Source of the DNA: an uncultured Solibacteraceae bacterium
GTDB taxonomy: Bacteria; Acidobacteriota; Terriglobia; Bryobacterales; Bryobacteraceae
Assembly: GCA_964515165.1 (NCBI GenBank)
Contig: CAZETQ010000003.1
Span: 50,685-114,684 of the forward strand
Length of the DNA: 64,000 nucleotides
Direction: 5' to 3'
Below the pieces are notes generated by a model, which searched no databases, had not been told where the DNA came from, and saw only the letters and a list, made by a program, of their open reading frames with translations. A program made the position numbers and the translations under genes. Shown piece after piece: positions 7,936 through 17,196 of this stretch (position 1 is its first letter; every line of letters begins with the position of its first letter).

Positions 7936-8766
7936 ATGCTGATCCGTCTAGGTTACGACATCCGGTTTGAAGTGGCGGTTCCCACTCCCGTCGTTGCCGT
8001 ATTGGATGTTCATCCATCCCGCCGGGTCGACCTCCTGCAGCCGGACGTGATGAAGATCGAGCCTGGCGTTCCGGTTTCTCAGTACACGGACAGCTTCGGC
8101 AACATCTGTTCCCGGTTCACCGCTCCGGCCGGGATCACCCGTCTTTGGAATTCGACCTTGATTGCCGACAGCGGTCAACCGGAGGAACATGGCTTTGCGG
8201 CGGAGCAATTGCCCGTCGAGCAGCTTCCGCCGGAAACGCTGCAGTTCCTGCTGCCCAGCCGCTACTGTGAAGTGGATCTTCTTGCTCCGATCGCCGCCGA
8301 CCTGTTTAGCTATACTCTGCCGGGCTGGTCGCGTGCGCAGGCAATCTGCAATTGGGTTCACAACAACGTCACTTTCGGATATAGCTACGCGCGTGCAACG
8401 AAAACTGCCTTGGAGGTCTACACCGAGCGCCGGGGCGTTTGCCGCGATTTCCAGCATCTGGCCATCGCCTTCTGCCGCGCGATGAATATTCCCGCGCGTT
8501 ATGCGACCGGATATCTCGGCGACATTGGAGTTCCTCCGGTACCTTGTCCCATGGACTTCAGCGCATGGTTTCAGGTCTATCTGAGCGGCCGCTGGTGGGC
8601 TCTGGACGCGCGCCACAATATTCCGCGGATCGGCCGTGTCCTGATCGCCACCGGCCGCGACGCGGCCGACGTGGCAATTACTACGTCGTTCGGCAACTCG
8701 ATCCTCAAACAGTTTCAGGTGGTTACTGACGAAGTAACCGAAACCTCAAGTGCTGCCACAACCTGA
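7936..8766 (+). CDS. Transglutaminase-like family protein (N-terminal Bact_transglu_N-like plus transglutaminase core)
   Basis: ATG at 7936 gives MLIRLGYDIRFEV, the typical N-terminus of this family. Core Cys motif RRGVCRDFQHL. Downstream segment IPARYATGYL...DFSAWFQVYL...ALDA. Confidence 0.75.
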   Translation: MLIRLGYDIRFEVAVPTPVVAVLDVHPSRRVDLLQPDVMKIEPGVPVSQYTDSFGNICSRFTAPAGITRLWNSTLIADSGQPEEHGFAAEQLPVEQLPPETLQFLLPSRYCEVDLLAPIAADLFSYTLPGWSRAQAICNWVHNNVTFGYSYARATKTALEVYTERRGVCRDFQHLAIAFCRAMNIPARYATGYLGDIGVPPVPCPMDFSAWFQVYLSGRWWALDARHNIPRIGRVLIATGRDAADVAITTSFGNSILKQFQVVTDEVTETSSAATT

Positions 8767-8785
8767 GGGAGCCGGAAATCGGATG

Positions 8786-9487
8786 TTAGCGAAAATCTTT
8801 CGCGGATCGGATCCGTTTGTACGCGATGACCAGCAGGGACATCATCAGAACACCCGACCCGGGTTCCGGGATCGCGGCCAGCGCCGCGGGTCGTGGTGGC
8901 GCCGGAACAAACGGGCTGCCGTTGAAGCTGTATAGCGCTAGCACTTCCACGTCTCCTGTAACGGCGTACTGAAACGGCGGCGCTATGCTGATTGGAAAAA
9001 TCGTGGTTTGCCCGGAACTGGTCAGCGCGGGATTCTGTTTGATCTCGAAAGTCTTTCCATTCAAGGAACCCTGGAAACTGAAGCTCGTCAGTTCTGTTGC
9101 AAAGACGCCCAGGGGATTGACACTCGGATCGCGTCCGAGAAACTTGAACTGGATGAAGCCCGGCAGAACCAGGTGGCCGAGAAACATTCCCGGCACCCCG
9201 CCATTGTTCATATGAATATCTGCCGAGTATTGGGCTTCCACATCGACAATCTCGTTGCCGTTGTCGATCGTCCGGCTCAATATCTCGAAGCCGGAAACTA
9301 CCGCATTCTGCGTGCACCGGCCAAGCGTCTCAAGACACATACCCCCAAAGGGGTAAATCCCGGCCGCCGCCGGTAACTCGACAGTGGATTGAATTACCGG
9401 GCTCGCGGCAATCGTCAGCCCGGCGGCGATAATCGCCGATATAACACGGGCGGTTCTTACGATCGGCTGAGCGGCGATTGTAATCAA
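8786..9487 (-). CDS. PEP-CTERM sorting-domain protein
   Basis: 233 aa. N-terminal hydrophobic signal. C-terminus AIPEPGSGVLMMSLLVIAYKRIR reads as PEP motif, TM helix, then basic cluster. Confidence 0.7.
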   Translation of the reverse strand: MITIAAQPIVRTARVISAIIAAGLTIAASPVIQSTVELPAAAGIYPFGGMCLETLGRCTQNAVVSGFEILSRTIDNGNEIVDVEAQYSADIHMNNGGVPGMFLGHLVLPGFIQFKFLGRDPSVNPLGVFATELTSFSFQGSLNGKTFEIKQNPALTSSGQTTIFPISIAPPFQYAVTGDVEVLALYSFNGSPFVPAPPRPAALAAIPEPGSGVLMMSLLVIAYKRIRSAKDFR

Positions 9488-9573
9488 AGGACACCTCCGG
9501 CTTCAGTAGAGACTTACGATACAGTCTCGTGCCGGGAAATACAACGGTGTCTGGCGATTTCTAAGCCGCCGGC

Positions 9574-10968
9574 TTAGCTCGGCAGGATCTTCGAGATGTC
9601 GTTGTAAAGTACGAACGCGACCACCGCCATCAGGAACACGAAACCGAACTTCAGCACCGTTTCCTTGACGCGCAGGCTCAGGTCGCGCCCCATCAACATC
9701 TCGATCAGCAGCATCAGGATCACTCCGCCGTCGAGGATCGGAATCGGCAGCAAATTGAACACTGCCAGGTTCAGGCTGACCATGGCCATCAGGCTGATGA
9801 AGGCGATGGGTCCCTCCCGGGCGGCCTCGCCGGAGAGCTGTCCGATGCGAATCGGCCCCTCCAGCGATTTCGGCGACATCCTCTGTTCGACGATGCCCTT
9901 CAAAAACTGAAAGATCAATCCCGCGGAGCGGACGTTCTGCTTGATCGATTCGTCCAGGGCTTCGCCAAAGGGAAGCTGCGTGACGACGAACTTCGGCTCC
10001 AGCCGCACGCCGATCATCCAGCGGCCCTCGGGAGTATCTTCCTTGGTGAAGGTCGGCTGCACCGTCACCTTGTTCCGCTCGCCATTCCGCGAGTAGACGA
10101 TCTCGATCGGCGCGCCTCCGCTGGCGCGGACTAACTCATGGAGCTTTACTGTCGAATGCAGCGGAACGCCATTGACGGCGACGATGACGTCGCCTTTCTC
10201 CAGTCCCGCTTTTTCCGCGCCCATACCGGGCGAAACTCCGCCCACCAGAGTCTCATTCTCTTCCGACCATCCGGCAAACCCATATCCGGTTCTGGAATCC
10301 AATCGGGGAGTGACGACAAAGTGCTCCGTCTCCGTGGCCTTTTCCGTCTTCCGGTGCACGACCACCGAAATCGCGGTATTCGCGCTCGAAATTTCTTTGA
10401 TGGCGATATCTTCCCAATTTGGACTCTCTTGGTCGTCCAGACGGGCAATGATGTCGCCTTCCTTCAGCCCGGCTTCCGCTGCGGGCGAACCGGCGGCGAC
10501 GTATCCGATGGTGGCAGGACCGTCCCCGGCCAAGGCCTTGGGATAACGCACCATGAACACCCCGGTCAAAAGCGCTACGGCGAGAACGATATTCATGGCC
10601 GGTCCGGCCGCGGCAATGATCAGCCGCTGCCACCGTGGCTTCATGTGAAAAGCGCGGGGATCGGTTACCGGATCTTCGCCGAGCTGTTCGCCCAGCATCT
10701 TGACGTAGCCCCCAAAGGGAATCGCCGAAACCTTGAAATCCGTCTCGAAGTTCCGCCGGAACTCCGCGGTCATCTCGGCGCCGTCCGCCACCGCCGGACG
10801 GTATTTGGACACCCTTCGAAACCCGAACAGTCGCGGACCAAAGCCGATACTGAAAGCTTCCACGTGTACATCGAAGATCCGCGCTGCCCAATAGTGTCCC
10901 AGCTCGTGGATCAGAATCATGATCCCGATGAGAACTAACAGGGCTCCGACATTTTCCACAATCGCCAT
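9574..10968 (-). CDS. rseP: RIP metalloprotease (site-2 protease, M50 family)
   Basis: 464 aa. HELGHY zinc motif in the first TM region, PDZ-like middle region, C-terminal TM bundle. Immediately downstream of dxr, as in many bacteria. Confidence 0.9.
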   Translation of the reverse strand: MAIVENVGALLVLIGIMILIHELGHYWAARIFDVHVEAFSIGFGPRLFGFRRVSKYRPAVADGAEMTAEFRRNFETDFKVSAIPFGGYVKMLGEQLGEDPVTDPRAFHMKPRWQRLIIAAAGPAMNIVLAVALLTGVFMVRYPKALAGDGPATIGYVAAGSPAAEAGLKEGDIIARLDDQESPNWEDIAIKEISSANTAISVVVHRKTEKATETEHFVVTPRLDSRTGYGFAGWSEENETLVGGVSPGMGAEKAGLEKGDVIVAVNGVPLHSTVKLHELVRASGGAPIEIVYSRNGERNKVTVQPTFTKEDTPEGRWMIGVRLEPKFVVTQLPFGEALDESIKQNVRSAGLIFQFLKGIVEQRMSPKSLEGPIRIGQLSGEAAREGPIAFISLMAMVSLNLAVFNLLPIPILDGGVILMLLIEMLMGRDLSLRVKETVLKFGFVFLMAVVAFVLYNDISKILPS

Positions 10969-10999
10969 GACGGCTCCTTCACTACGTTATCTTAAGCGC

Positions 11000-12202
11000 T
11001 TACGAAACTTGCGGTTCCGCAAGATGGGACTGCCGCTCAGCGACCAGGCCGCGCGCCACCTCCCGGGAACGCCGGTCGGTCTCGAGTACCTCGTCTACCG
11101 ATCGTGCCGTTTTCCGGGGAACTCGTTGCAGCGTTTCCTCCACCACCTCGGCAATCGCCGGAAATGGGATCTCTTCCTTCAAAAATGCCTCTACCGCTAT
11201 CTCATCGGCAGCATTGAGCGTGCAGCCTGCCGTTCCGCCGGCCTGAATCGCTTCATAGGCCAGCCGCAGGAGCGGAAATTTCTTAAAATCCGGGGGAGTA
11301 AAATCCCAGTTTCTCGCCTGCGTCCAATCTAGGCGCGGCACCGGCGCCTCGGAGCGATCCGGATACGTCATCGCGTATTGAATCGGCATTCGCATATCCG
11401 TCGTGGAAATCTGGGCGATCACGCTGCCGTCGTTATACTCGACCATCGCGTGTACCGTCGATTGGGGATGCACCACTACGTCCACTTCGTCCGCCGAAAA
11501 TCCGAACAACCAGCAGGCCTCGATGACCTCAAATCCCTTGTTCATCAGAGTGGCGGAATCAATGGTGATCCGCTGTCCCATCTTCCATGTTGGATGATTC
11601 AAAGCCTGCGCGGGAGTCACATTTCGAAGCTCTTCGGCGGGGGTGTTCCGGAAGGGGCCGCCGCTGGCGGTGAGAATCAACCGCCGCGCTTCCCCGCGGC
11701 GCCCCGCCCGCAGACATTGATGCGCACCGTTATGTTCGCTATCCACCGGAATCAGTTCGGTCCCCGCGGCCTGCGTCGCAGCCGTCACTAAATCTCCAGA
11801 CGCGACAAGGACCTCTTTGTTTGCAAGACCGATTCGCTTCCCCAGGCAAACCGCTTCGTATGTCGCTTCCAGTCCCGCGATGCCGACAATGGCGGACATC
11901 ACGAAATCCACCTCCGGAGCGGTGGCCACCTGGATCCTGGCTTCGGGTCCGAAAAGCAGTTCCGGCCACACCGATTTGGGAAGTCCGGCCGCCACCAGCT
12001 TCTCCGCCAGCGCCTGGCGGCCCCTCTCGTCGGCCATCACCGCCACTTCCGGGCGAAATTCCAAAACCTGTTGCGCCAGCTCACCGGCATTCTGTCCCGC
12101 CACCAGCGCGAATGCGCGAAAACGGCTACCCAGACGGCGAACAACGTCGAGAGTGCTCAGGCCAATAGAACCGGTTGAGCCTAGCAGGGTGAGATTCTGC
12201 AC
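11000..12202 (-). CDS. dxr: 1-deoxy-D-xylulose-5-phosphate reductoisomerase
   Basis: 400 aa, GTG start. LLGSTGSIGLSTLDV NADPH-binding motif and NKGFEVIEA region. Confidence 0.95.
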   Translation of the reverse strand: MQNLTLLGSTGSIGLSTLDVVRRLGSRFRAFALVAGQNAGELAQQVLEFRPEVAVMADERGRQALAEKLVAAGLPKSVWPELLFGPEARIQVATAPEVDFVMSAIVGIAGLEATYEAVCLGKRIGLANKEVLVASGDLVTAATQAAGTELIPVDSEHNGAHQCLRAGRRGEARRLILTASGGPFRNTPAEELRNVTPAQALNHPTWKMGQRITIDSATLMNKGFEVIEACWLFGFSADEVDVVVHPQSTVHAMVEYNDGSVIAQISTTDMRMPIQYAMTYPDRSEAPVPRLDWTQARNWDFTPPDFKKFPLLRLAYEAIQAGGTAGCTLNAADEIAVEAFLKEEIPFPAIAEVVEETLQRVPRKTARSVDEVLETDRRSREVARGLVAERQSHLAEPQVS

Positions 12203-12443
12203 GGAAAAGCTGACCTTCTGACTTGCTCCCTTAAATTAGGGCGCAAAATATCCCTATCCTATCAGATGTATTTTGTGGAATTTGGTTTACAGAGAAGAAC
12301 CCCAAAGGGCGCCGGGGAGGATTGCTTCAGGGGTCTTATGAGGTTAGTCTCGCTTTGGTGGGAGTTTCCTCCCCGGCTTGATTCCAATTCTAGGATATGA
12401 GTTTTGGAATTGCAAGACTTTTTTCTACCGAATACAGGAAACT

Positions 12444-13340
12444 TTACATATCCGCCTTCACTTCGACCCCCACAATCTCTTCTAAAACCTTGATTGTAGA
12501 GCAGATGTCGTCATCGCCATAACCCTTCGCGATGGCGCTCCGGAACATTTGCTGGGTCAAACTGGTCAGCGGCAGTGGCACATCCAGCTCATTTCCCGAC
12601 TCCAGCATCAGCCCGATGTCCTTATGCATCCATTTCACCGAGAAATTTGTGGAAAAGTCGCGCTTGAAAACAAAAGGAGCTTTGAAGGCGATCAAACCGC
12701 TCTTCGCCGCTGAGTTTTCCAGGATATCCAGCATCAGCTTCGGATCGACGCCGCCCTTCGTGGCCAATACGAAACCTTCGTTGAACGCCTGCAAGATATT
12801 GGAAAGAATAAGATTCTGGGTCAACTTCGCCTGCAGCCCCATGCCGGGCCCGCCGCAGTAGTAAAGATTCTTGCCCATCGGCTCAAAGTACGGCTTCACT
12901 TTCTCGAATACCGCCTTGTCGCCGCCGATCATAAAGGTCAGGCGGCCACCCTCCGCCCCTGGCTTGGAGCCGGTGCAGGGAGCATCCAGGAAGTCGATCT
13001 TCTTTTCTGCCAACGCTTTTCCGATCTTGCGGCTGCCGCTCGGTAAAACCGTGCTGGCGTCCACCACGACCGTCCCCGGCTTGGCTCCTTCAATAATTCC
13101 GTCAGGGCCCAGACTCACCTGTTCTGACATCGCTGTGTCGCCGACGCAATAGAAAATGCAGTCCGCCTGTTGAGCAACTTCCTTCGGAGTGGCGCAGGCG
13201 ATTCCGTTGCCTTCCTTCGCCAGCTCCTGTGCCTTCGCGGCGGTATGTGTCCATAAGGCCACCCGATGGCCTGCTTTCAACAAATGCCGCGCCATGGGAT
13301 AACCCATGATTCCAAGTCCGAGAAATCCAAGATTCGCCAT
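12444..13340 (-). CDS. NAD(P)-dependent oxidoreductase, 3-hydroxyisobutyrate dehydrogenase-type
   Basis: The ORF track extends to 13850, but ATG at 13340 gives MANLGFLGLGIMGYPMARHLLKAGH (Rossmann GxGxxG). The remainder matches the HIBADH / 6PGDH NAD-binding family. Confidence 0.8.
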   Translation of the reverse strand: MANLGFLGLGIMGYPMARHLLKAGHRVALWTHTAAKAQELAKEGNGIACATPKEVAQQADCIFYCVGDTAMSEQVSLGPDGIIEGAKPGTVVVDASTVLPSGSRKIGKALAEKKIDFLDAPCTGSKPGAEGGRLTFMIGGDKAVFEKVKPYFEPMGKNLYYCGGPGMGLQAKLTQNLILSNILQAFNEGFVLATKGGVDPKLMLDILENSAAKSGLIAFKAPFVFKRDFSTNFSVKWMHKDIGLMLESGNELDVPLPLTSLTQQMFRSAIAKGYGDDDICSTIKVLEEIVGVEVKADM

Positions 13341-13378
13341 AGAACGCCGATTGTATCGCGGTATTTGGCTTCGTTTTT

Positions 13379-14251
13379 TCAGGCTTTGCCGAGCAGCCCC
13401 ACCCAAGTGGCGTTCACCAGCGCATGAGTGACCATCGCCGCCCGGACAGAGTGCGCCTTCCGGAAGGCCCGCCCGCAGAAGAATCCCAGCAAAATCGTGA
13501 TCGCGACGTGTTCCCAGTTCGGAAAAGTTCGAAAACTCAGATGGGAGAGGCCGTAGAGAACCGCGCCCGCGGTCAGCCCGATCCATCGCTGAATCAGGCC
13601 GCGAAACAGAAACTCCTCGCCGACGGTGATAAACCAGAGAGATCCGAAAAACATCCCGATTCCCTTCAGAATCTGGATGTCCGGTGCCCGGAAATACCCG
13701 AGAAGATAGCCGAGGCCGAACCCTGGTATGAGAAACAGGAGATATTCCCTGGTCCCGATGCGCCAGTGTTCGCGGTTGGGCCAGAATCCGAAGTCGATCC
13801 CCGGTTCCTTCGCCACGAAAAGGGTCCCCATCAACCCGAGGCGCAGCCACATGGATTTCCCGAGAATCTCCAGTTTTCCGGGAAAGGGCAACTCAAAGGC
13901 GTTCGAGAGGTACATCGCCACCATGGCCGCCGCAAACATCATGTCCCATCCACGGCTACGGGGCGTTACCAAAAACCATAACGCTGGAAAGCAGGCCAGC
14001 GCTGCGAGGTAAAAAACGAAGCCGCGGTCGCCGGGCAGCGCCAGATAGGGCAGAATTCCGGAGGCGATCAAGGCGAGCGGCAGCCACCGCTCCGGCACCC
14101 GCCGGGGCCATAACGTCATGGTGGCAAAGAGGATTAGCTCAATGACAGCTGCGGGAACGGCGGCCCAGGGAATCGGCACTCGTTCCATCGTACTGTGGAG
14201 CGCGGTATGCGGATTAGAAACTTCTATGAAAACTGGGATTCCCTGCGGCAA
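13379..14251 (-). CDS. CPBP-family intramembrane glutamic endopeptidase (CAAX protease-like)
   Basis: Polytopic membrane ORF with EEFLFRG, YGLSHL and HALVN motifs in the CPBP/Abi order. Start uncertain (14251, or ATG at 14188). Confidence 0.7.
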   Translation of the reverse strand: MPQGIPVFIEVSNPHTALHSTMERVPIPWAAVPAAVIELILFATMTLWPRRVPERWLPLALIASGILPYLALPGDRGFVFYLAALACFPALWFLVTPRSRGWDMMFAAAMVAMYLSNAFELPFPGKLEILGKSMWLRLGLMGTLFVAKEPGIDFGFWPNREHWRIGTREYLLFLIPGFGLGYLLGYFRAPDIQILKGIGMFFGSLWFITVGEEFLFRGLIQRWIGLTAGAVLYGLSHLSFRTFPNWEHVAITILLGFFCGRAFRKAHSVRAAMVTHALVNATWVGLLGKA

Positions 14252-14473
14252 AGAAGTGGTGTACGCTGGCAGACAAACAAATTCGGGCCGCCAACCGGAT
14301 GAAAGGTAGGGAAGCCATGATGGATTATCTGTTATCCGCCATTTTGGGCGTAGGCTTCGTCTACGTCCTGATGCTGGCCACCAATCCCAAGGATTCCTGG
14401 AACTGTCCCATCCAGCGGCTGTTTACGCGAAAATCCGGTTCCTGGCGAACGCGCCGCAGTTGAAGCGAAGTTC

Positions 14474-15157
14474 CTAGCGGTCTGTGGGAATGATCATATC
14501 CGTGGTCAAGACCATGTCCACGGTTTGGCCTTTTTGGAGGACCGCATCCGGGCCGCGAGTCAAAAGCACCGCCGCCAGTCCGGCCGCGCTTCCCGCTCCC
14601 GCGCCGATGCCGGCGCTGGATCCGCTATCGCCGATCCAGCGGCCCATCCCTGTGCCCGCCGCCGCGGCCGTTCCGATGATGGCGGCGTCCTTCCCCTCCG
14701 AACCCCCGCTCTTGACCGTTCCCTCGTCGCGCTTCAGGGTTCCACCGTTATCCCCGTCCAGCGAGCCGATCCGGCCGGTCAAATTCAGCGTCGTTCCGCT
14801 TGCCAGCAGCATGGAATCGAATCGCATGCCGATCTCGCCGCGCCCTTTGACCTTACCGGGGCGCTTGGAGTCTGTGATGGTACCCGTGACATAGCTCCCG
14901 GCAGGAATGACGATCCTGTTTTCGATCGCGATGGGGACCAGCGTTTGCAGGTAAATCTGGTCTCCCGGTTGAGTGTTCTTCGAGCTGACGGAATTCAGGA
15001 CGGTCAAGGGAATCCGCGAGCCACCGGGAATCAGATAACTGCCATCGGCAAGACGCTTCTTGACGGGCGCCGTCTCTCCGCCGGGCTTCAGCACCTGCCG
15101 GACTTCCTGCGCTATGACGAAACTGCAAAACAGCGGTACCAGAACGGCAAACTTCAT
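14474..15157 (-). CDS. Secreted hypothetical protein with Gly/Ala/Ser-rich segment
   Basis: ATG at 15157 gives signal peptide MKFAVLVPLFCSFVIAQ. Beta-rich core, then GTAAAAGTGMGRWIGDSGSSAGIGAGAGSAAG. Faint resemblance to TrbI/VirB10 C-terminal barrels, not established. Confidence 0.5.
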   Translation of the reverse strand: MKFAVLVPLFCSFVIAQEVRQVLKPGGETAPVKKRLADGSYLIPGGSRIPLTVLNSVSSKNTQPGDQIYLQTLVPIAIENRIVIPAGSYVTGTITDSKRPGKVKGRGEIGMRFDSMLLASGTTLNLTGRIGSLDGDNGGTLKRDEGTVKSGGSEGKDAAIIGTAAAAGTGMGRWIGDSGSSAGIGAGAGSAAGLAAVLLTRGPDAVLQKGQTVDMVLTTDMIIPTDR

Positions 15158-15213
15158 CGCAAAAAGCTCCTCCTTACACACTACAACCCCTGGACGCCGG
15201 CAGGGTTTCGCGA

Positions 15214-15684
15214 ATGTATGATCGAAACACGATGAAGGAACTCGATGAGCTGATCGAGGCAACGCAGGCCGGCGATTTCGAGCGCGTCCAATCGATGGTG
15301 GCGAATCATCCGCAACTGGTGTCTTCCCGGGACGCATCCGGAGCCACCGCTCTCCACTACGCGACCTGGAGCGGTCATCGCCCGATTGCCGAGTTCCTGA
15401 TCCAAAGCGGAGCCGATATCAACGCCTGCGACAGCGAGTTCGGGGCGACGCCCGCGGGATGGGCGATCGAATACCTGCGGGAAGCCGGCGGGTATCTGGC
15501 CATCGAGCTGGGCGATCTGGCATATGCCATCGAGCGGGGCGACACGCACTGGGTGGAGCGGTTTCTCCGGCGGTTTCCGTCGCTTCGAGAAGGCGTGGAT
15601 CGAAACGGAGTTCCTCTGACGACGCTCGCTCGCGAGTGCGGAAATCCCGAGATCCGCCGATTGTTCGAACCGGACGGCGCTTGA
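15214..15684 (+). CDS. Ankyrin-repeat protein
   Basis: 156 aa. GATALHYATWSGHRPIAEFLIQSGADINA is a canonical ankyrin repeat, with flanking weaker repeats. Confidence 0.7.
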   Translation: MYDRNTMKELDELIEATQAGDFERVQSMVANHPQLVSSRDASGATALHYATWSGHRPIAEFLIQSGADINACDSEFGATPAGWAIEYLREAGGYLAIELGDLAYAIERGDTHWVERFLRRFPSLREGVDRNGVPLTTLARECGNPEIRRLFEPDGA

Positions 15685-15686
15685 AC

Positions 15687-17192
15687 CTATTCGGCGCGTT
15701 CCGCGGCCGGTTCCGGCCGGTATTCCAGAACCAGCAGGGTCACATCGTCATCGGGCTCGCCGCTATTCAAGCGCTGCAGCAGCGCCCGATGGGCTTGAGC
15801 GGGATTTAACTGCTCCAGATTGTCAAAGAGACCCGTGGGGCTGGCGTTGTCGGTGAATCCGTCGCTGTATACCACCAGCTTGTCGCCGGGCGCCAGTTGG
15901 AACGTCGCGATTTCATGTTTAGCGTTAGCCATCATTCCAACCGGAATTCCGGTGGAATCCAGCTCCGCGCGCGAGCCGTCCCGGCTGACGACCAGCGGAG
16001 CGCAATGGCCGGCATTGGCGTAACGAAGCAGCCCGTTGCGATCGAGCGTCCCGTAGAAGAGCGTGGCGTACTTTTCGCCGCGAGTCCGCTCCAGCAGGAA
16101 TCCGTTGAGCTTGGCAAAGAACTCCTCAATTGCCGTACCCGCCATCAGCAGCGCGCCCTGCAGCAGCGACGCCAGCAGCGCGGCTCCGGCGCCCTTTCCC
16201 GAAACGTCGGCCATCGAAAGCGCCCAGCAGTCCCGATTCAGCGGGTGAACATCGTAGTAATCGCCACCCACCTGCCGGGACGGACGGCTGGAGCCTTCGG
16301 CCCGCAACCAGCCCGTGGACGGCAACTCGCGCGGCAGCAGATTCTCCTGGATGGTCCGGGCGAGAACCAGTTCTTCTTCCAGCCGCCGCCGGGCCCGTTC
16401 TTCCTCAAACCGGCGCGCGCTCTGCAGAACGTTGGCCGCCTCCAGCGCCAGGGTCTCCAGCAGCTCCCGGTTGCCCCGCGCCAGGTCTGCCTGATCGGCC
16501 CGCGAATCCAGATACAGCAGTCCATCGGCACCCGGCAGCGGGACGAAAACCGAACTCTGCAATTGCAGGTTCATGACTGTTTGCGTGAAATCAACCGGCT
16601 GGTTGTCAAAGTTGATCGCGAACGCTTCCCGCCGGCTTGTCAGCGCCTCTTCGATCAACCGGCGAGGGACGCGCAGGCTGGTTTCCGTCAACGGTTGACC
16701 CACAAGATCGCGGGCGGACGCCATCTGGAGAGTGCCGCCGCGCCGGAGAAAGAGGAACCCCCGTTCGGCCCGCGTCAGCCGTAGCGCCGCGTCGACGACG
16801 GCTTCCAGAATCTGCTCCGGCGTGACGGTCTGTTCCATCGACCGGACGATGGCCAAGACCTCTTTCAGCTTTCCCAGTCCTTCGGTCGGCGCCGCCGACT
16901 CTGTCAGGAACTGAAGCTGGTAGGAGTTGTCGATGCCGAACTCGACAATATCCCCGCCGTGAAGCGCCTCCCGCTGGATCTTAGACCCATTGACGGCAAC
17001 GCCGTGCCGGCTTCCTAAATCCTCGATGAAGTATTCTTCGTCGGCGGTGGTGATTCTGGCGTGGTTGCGGGAGATTCGCTGATCCACCAGAACCAGATCG
17101 CAATCGGGCTGGCGTCCGATGATGAAAGGAAAGTGATCCAGCGCGACGTGTGTTCGCTGCCCGGTAGGAGAGAAGACGATCAGCGAGGCCAC
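15687..17192 (-). CDS. FHA-GAF-PP2C (SpoIIE-type) serine/threonine phosphatase
   Basis: 501 aa. N-terminal FHA (FIIGRQPDCDLVLVDQRISRNHARI..FIEDLGSRHGVAVNG), central GAF-like region, C-terminal PP2C motifs (GGDYYDV, DVSGKG, VVYSDG). Confidence 0.8.
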   Translation of the reverse strand: MASLIVFSPTGQRTHVALDHFPFIIGRQPDCDLVLVDQRISRNHARITTADEEYFIEDLGSRHGVAVNGSKIQREALHGGDIVEFGIDNSYQLQFLTESAAPTEGLGKLKEVLAIVRSMEQTVTPEQILEAVVDAALRLTRAERGFLFLRRGGTLQMASARDLVGQPLTETSLRVPRRLIEEALTSRREAFAINFDNQPVDFTQTVMNLQLQSSVFVPLPGADGLLYLDSRADQADLARGNRELLETLALEAANVLQSARRFEEERARRRLEEELVLARTIQENLLPRELPSTGWLRAEGSSRPSRQVGGDYYDVHPLNRDCWALSMADVSGKGAGAALLASLLQGALLMAGTAIEEFFAKLNGFLLERTRGEKYATLFYGTLDRNGLLRYANAGHCAPLVVSRDGSRAELDSTGIPVGMMANAKHEIATFQLAPGDKLVVYSDGFTDNASPTGLFDNLEQLNPAQAHRALLQRLNSGEPDDDVTLLVLEYRPEPAAERAE

Positions 17193-17196
17193 GGAC

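Noticed and set aside
12444-13850. 468-aa version of the dehydrogenase ORF
   Set aside because: The N-terminal 170 residues overlap the CPBP protease gene and lack any motif. The Rossmann motif begins directly at the ATG at 13340.
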